A DNA stretch of 64,000 bases from the human T2T-CHM13v2.0 reference genome, Homo sapiens. Under the pieces are notes generated by a model that saw nothing but the letters and a program-made list of their open reading frames with translations, was not told where the DNA came from and searched no databases. The stretch lies in assembly GCF_009914755.1 (NCBI RefSeq), contig NC_060932.1, one strand, 5' to 3'. The position numbers and the translations under genes are program-made. Shown piece by piece: positions 62,416 through 64,000 of this stretch (its first letter is position 1; the number at the start of each line of letters is the position of its first letter).

Positions 62416-64000
62416 TGTTAATATTTGATTAATGGATTTACTCATTCCAATTACCCTTTTAGAAGAAAAATATTTAAATATTTCTGCAGATAAAAGTATC
62501 AAATACAGTCAATCTGTATACAAATCAAAATTAAAGATATATTACCATATCAGCTCAAGTTTTTAAATTCAATGTTATTGCCAAGCCAATTAAAATGTAT
62601 ATTTCTATGAATAGATGAAAATTAACATATTCCTCCAGTGTTTGGTCTTAAATGATCTGTCTCTAAAAGGAGAGAAACTAATGATCTAAGGACAGCACAA
62701 ATTGAAATCACAACTGTGTGCTTATCTGCTATGTGCTTTAAGCTAAGAAGCAATCACTTACCTAATTTTTTAGGTATACCCTAAAGTAATCATAAGTGTG
62801 TTTTGGAAACAGTACATTTGCAGGGATTTTAAATGAGATAGTTCTATATAACAGGTGATTTTTTTTTTTTTTTTTTTTTTTTTTTGCCTATAGTCAATCC
62901 TGTTTAGGTCTCCCTGTGGGAGCTGATCTCTCAACTTACAAATAATATATATTCTCAAATAAGAGTTGGAGTCTTCTCAGAAAGGACTTTTCCAGCTTGA
63001 TTCAGAAGGCTCTTCTATCTGGTCTCAGTTCTGACTCTATGAAAAATATTGTTTGGGCTTTTCTTCTAAATGTTTCTCTGGAAGGTAACACAAGAAACTG
63101 TAATAGGCATCCTCTGGGGAGGGGAAGTGGGTAGTTGAGGATCAGAATTAAGAAGGTGCTGACTTTTCATTGTATATCATTTTGTACCTTTTGAATTTTA
63201 CAGCATGTACAAATACTGGCTATTCAGAAAACAGGAAACTATTTTTCATTTTAACTTATGCAGATTCCTACCTAGACAGAGTACAAGAAGACAAGACAAA
63301 CCATGCAAGCATCTTTAGACCCTCCAACTTGACATTTGTCAAGGCAGTTCTGAGCAAGCCCAGTGTTAGATGGGGCGCTGACTGCCTACAGTGGGAAGCT
63401 CTTCAGAGTTAAAGGGCAGAATGAAAAGGTGTATGAAGCTGTGACAAGGAGAAGAAATAGGACTAATAGTCTAACCTACTGTGGTACTTCTTAGTATCTA
63501 AGTGTATTATAGTTTATTTGGACATGCAGGATTTTTTAGGTTTTCACTGTATATTCTTTGCACTATTATGAATTTAGTGCACTATCGTTGGGTACTCTTG
63601 TCAATTTATTTTTGTATTGATGTCTTCTAAGACACTTCTAAAATGTTCTGACCTAATGTTTTTGTTTTAATTATCACACTCAACTACGATTATTCAAGGT
63701 GCCATAAACTCAACTCTTGGAGGGAATGTGGAAATTGTATTATTTTGGCCTTAGTTCTATAAATAATATTTCTACTGTAGAACAATAATCAATGCAGCTA
63801 CACTCTGCTACGGAGCTGTAGCAAGTTCTGAAAGGTTATATTCACAATTCAGAACTGACATGGGTTTACCCAGTTATTCACAAGTCTACTTGGGGCCAAT
63901 TATGAACGTGGCAGGGTTTATTAAATACATGAACCTCACAAATTCTCAAAGTTTCAACTTTTTCTTGAAGGAGAGCATACTAATAGATTGAGGAGTAAAG

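Overview
Primate (human or great-ape) genomic DNA. The right third holds the complete 4-exon MED30 gene (Mediator subunit 30, + strand, 178 aa, CDS 43029-62137) with a CpG-island promoter. An antisense RPS10 processed pseudogene, itself interrupted by an Alu, sits in intron 1. The left 42 kb is gene-free and dominated by transposons: an ERVL/LTR16 remnant split by an L1PA, a hAT-Charlie transposase fossil, a three-layer nested L1 stack containing a 6.1-kb full-length L1PA, solo LTRs (MER52-group, THE1, MLT1), L2, MIR and Alus. Almost all ORF-track entries are repeat-derived. I see no convincing new biological system. The best second-look items are: candidate alternative exons of MED30; a possible exon 2-3 circle with a stop-free frame; a PBX/MEIS/HOX motif cluster in intron 3; a 149-bp non-tandem intronic duplication; a chimeric AluJ/AluY; and a templated hairpin insertion. 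Repeat subfamily names come from remembered consensus motifs and need RepeatMasker/Dfam confirmation.
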